Assembly (NCBI GenBank): GCA_964016885.1
Contig: OZ024744.1
Coordinates: 9,238,001 to 9,302,000, forward strand
Source of the DNA: Eledone cirrhosa
Taxonomy: Eukaryota
Direction of reading: 5' to 3'
Length of the DNA: 64,000 nucleotides
A model generated the notes under the pieces. It was not told the DNA's origin. It saw only the letters and a list, made by a program, of their open reading frames with translations, and did not search any database. Shown in pieces: positions 61,443 to 64,000 of the stretch. How positions within the stretch are numbered: the stretch's first letter is position 1; each line of letters begins with the position of its first letter. The translations under genes were made by a program, and so were the position numbers.

Positions 61443-61717
61443 ATATGAAGTGCCTTGGGAAGCTTTAATTCCTTTGGTTTAATAAATATGTTTGAGAGAT
61501 TAAAAGAAAGCTTTCAAGACAGGCACTATATGGACAACTATGAAAACCTGGTAACCATAGTAAAGAAAAATGAGATGGTACAACAGGGTTTTATTGACCT
61601 ATAGCGAGCCCCCCAGGCTTTCAGGTATTTTGGACCCCTTTCTTTTACTTCACAACAGAGAAAATGGGTGCCTACTGCCTGTGTAGTCTCTGGGATCAGC
61701 TTATTCAGCCTTATGGA

Positions 61718-61941
61718 TAATTGTTTCTACTTTAGGCACGAGGCCAGCAATTTGAAGGGGAGGGGGAAAGTCAATTAAATTGCTCCCAGTACATTACTGG
61801 TGTTCTATTTTAGCTACCCCATCAGGATGATAGGCAAAACTAACCTCGATGGGATTTGAAATCAGGATGTAAAGGGACATAACTTTATGCTGCAAAGCAT
61901 GGTATCCGACGCTCAACCGATACTGCCAATCCACTTCCCTT
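61718..61941 (-). mobile_element. Second copy of the same SINE family, inverted
   Basis: AATTGTTTCTACTTTAGGCAC and CCGATACTGCCAATCCAC are reverse complements of the tail and head of the 61260-61442 copy. Confidence 0.82.
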
Positions 61942-62013
61942 GTGGCCTATAAATGGTTTCATTTATTAACCACAAGGGCCGAACATCCCTTCGTTATGAA
62001 TAATATGACCCAG

Positions 62014-62150
62014 TTATACAGTAATGTAACATGATCTGAGGGATTGACCAAGACCGTGCTCCTAGGAACAGTTCAAGAGAAAAGAAGGCAAAGACATCAG
62101 AGAAAGAAATGGCCAGATAATATCATGGAATAGGCTGGGAAAGTCTTATC
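62014..62150 (+). mobile_element. Degraded RTE LINE C-terminal fragment
   Basis: Reads LYSNVT*SEGLTKTVLLGTVQEKRRQRHQRKKWPDNIME*AG, matching the RTE C-terminal pattern GHV.R...KT.LQG.V.G.R.RGRQRK.W.DNI.EW.G. Confidence 0.7.
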
Positions 62151-62513
62151 AACAAACCAAAATCAAAGCTGTGAAATGTTCATCTTGGCAATCAATGGGT
62201 TAATTTTAAATGAGAAAAGAATAGACTCATAACCTCTTCAGGTTTTCTTGACATATGATAAGCATGAGAAGAAATAGAGGTTAAATAGTTCCCAGCTAAG
62301 ATAGTGGAATAGTAGAAACAGCAAAACACAGTTAAATATTTTACAATAGTTAGTTCCATTTTTCTACATGATGAGTTCCAATTTTACTGTAATTTGTCTG
62401 GGAGTTGACTAAATAAAGCTTAGTCATGGAATAATATTTGTTCAGTCAAACATAATACTATCCTACAAATCTGTATTGTTGAACCAATGAAATAAATGAA
62501 AATTGTTTATTAA

Positions 62514-62750
62514 CCCTTTTGATAACAAATGCCAGAAACTGCCTCTGATTCTAAGATACAAAATGTTTATAGTTATCTAAAAATTCTCCATCGTAATATT
62601 ATGTAAAAACCTTTGTTAAGTTATGTTCCCAATACCAGCTTAATGATGAAAAAGTTAATTATATTACTAAATCCCTCTAAATTCTTAATTGTTTTCAAAA
62701 TTAGAAAATCACAGGCAGTGTATTTTGTAAGACATTTGTACACAAAAAGG
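62514..62750. mobile_element. piggyBac-type MITE (237 bp) with TTAA target-site duplication
   Basis: TTAA|CCCTTTTGATAACAAATGCC ... GACATTTGTACACAAAAAGG|TTAA; imperfect TIRs of about 20 bp. Confidence 0.7.
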
Positions 62751-62987
62751 TTAAATTTGTAATGCTAGTTTATGACAAGATCACAGCAATTAAAATATGT
62801 TCTAATTTAGAATTCTGAAGTCAATATAAGTAACTAAAGCTTTTGAAGGTAGCGCCTTAAAATGACTGCAGTCCAATGACTGAAACCAATAAAAGAGTAG
62901 AAAGAATATCTCTACATATTGATCCTGCCACTGTGATGAATATTAGGATCATCATTGTTATAATTCAATTATTTTTATATTTTTACA

Positions 62988-63225
62988 AGGCACGTGGCTT
63001 AGTGATTAAAGGTGTTTGGCTCATAAATGTAAGTTCATGTGTTCAATTCCCAGTGGTGTATTTTGTTCTTGGACTTTATTTCACATTGCTCCAGTCCACT
63101 CAGCTGACAAAAATAAGCTGTACATATTCTTGTCATATACTGTGGAATGCTCAGATAGTGGCACATTAATTTCACAAGCAGAATGTTCCATTGTTCAGAT
63201 AACTGGAACACTCATGATCAGACTA
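62988..63225 (+). mobile_element. Degenerate tRNA-derived CORE-type SINE
   Basis: A-box-like TGGCTTAGTGATT, B-box-like GTGTTCAATTCCC, CORE-like CTTTATTTCACATTGCTCCAGTCCACTCAGCTGACAAAAATAAG. Confidence 0.6.
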
Positions 63226-63754
63226 AATAAAGGTCTAACAACAACAAAAGACAGTTTTACTTGGCTCCAGTTTCTACATCAGAACCATTATATAAGATCA
63301 AAGAAATATTCTAAATGAAAATATATTCTTTCAGTCATTATGGAATTAACAATCCCACTTTAATCTTACATTTGAACACAACAGATGACAACTGGATTAG
63401 TTAGTTGATCTGTTGGCTGAGCTACTAACAACTGAAAGGACTGACTATGAAATAGTCAAAGAAGATGCTCCATTATGGCTTTAGTCATGATGAATAAAAC
63501 ACAGTAAAGAACTAAAGAACTAAAGATGGGTTTAGCTTAAGAAATGAATGCTCTTGGGAAAATGACAGATTGAAGATTGAAGTTTGAACTATTTATGAAA
63601 TAGACCTATAATTAGGTAAATACCTCTAATAATCGTTAATGTTGTTGATGGTGGTGGTGGTGTGTGTGTGCGTTTGTACATATATAAAAACACAGTCTAC
63701 TTCCATCATTACCCCAATGATATATGCCTGGACAATGTGGTAGTATGCTCTTGT

Positions 63755-64000
63755 GGTCCCAGAAGACAGAACAGAGAAAGCATTACTCTGGAGGATAAGT
63801 AGTGAGAGAGATACATTGAAATAGCCATTCCAACTTGCATGGATCACTCTCCTGAGTGCAGAGTGTTGTAATGTCATTCGGGAACACTGAGTGCCAGAAG
63901 TCTCCACTGCTATAGGTTCAATGATAAATCTTAAGTTTTGAGTCTGATTAAAAGTATGCATGATCAAATGCATGGAAAGTTTGCGAGAAGTAGTTGACAG
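63755..64000 (-). mobile_element. Degraded 3' end of a CRE-like (restriction-like endonuclease) non-LTR retrotransposon
   Basis: Minus strand FIIEPIAVETSG (63893-63928), then across frameshifts SDPCKLEWLFQCISL and ILQSNAFSVL. This matches the F.P.A.ET.G ... GDPRE..WL.QR.S.A..RGNA.S.L pattern of CRE-clade RLE domains. Confidence 0.6.

Noticed and set aside
62876-63318. 97-aa and 100-aa ORFs as host genes
   Set aside because: They overlap SINE-derived sequence and show no protein motif.

Overview
Eukaryotic, very repeat-rich DNA, most likely octopod cephalopod (inferred from Nin-/CORE-type SINEs, RTE remnants and (TA)/(TATG) microsatellites; not verified). Bases 1-46737 are one tandem array of about 1,500 units of [G/C]CG GCA CCA ATG TCT (ACA)n (n=3-9, mostly 5-6). 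It reads as mucin-like (A/P)APMSTTTTT, but five of six frames of the unit are open, so the giant ORFs do not by themselves show coding. The array has nested higher-order duplications (about 4.55, 7.9, 9.9 and 35.85 kb) and ends at a 200-N gap. Right of the gap is a mosaic of transposon remnants. It includes a 5'-truncated Naiad-type Penelope-like element (RT + GIY-YIG) with a long 3' UTR, an inverted partial copy of that UTR and a hammerhead ribozyme with a very long stem II. It also holds two more hammerheads about 490 nt apart, RTE LINE fragments, an inverted SINE pair, a piggyBac-type MITE and a CRE-like LINE 3' end. No intact host gene is identifiable.
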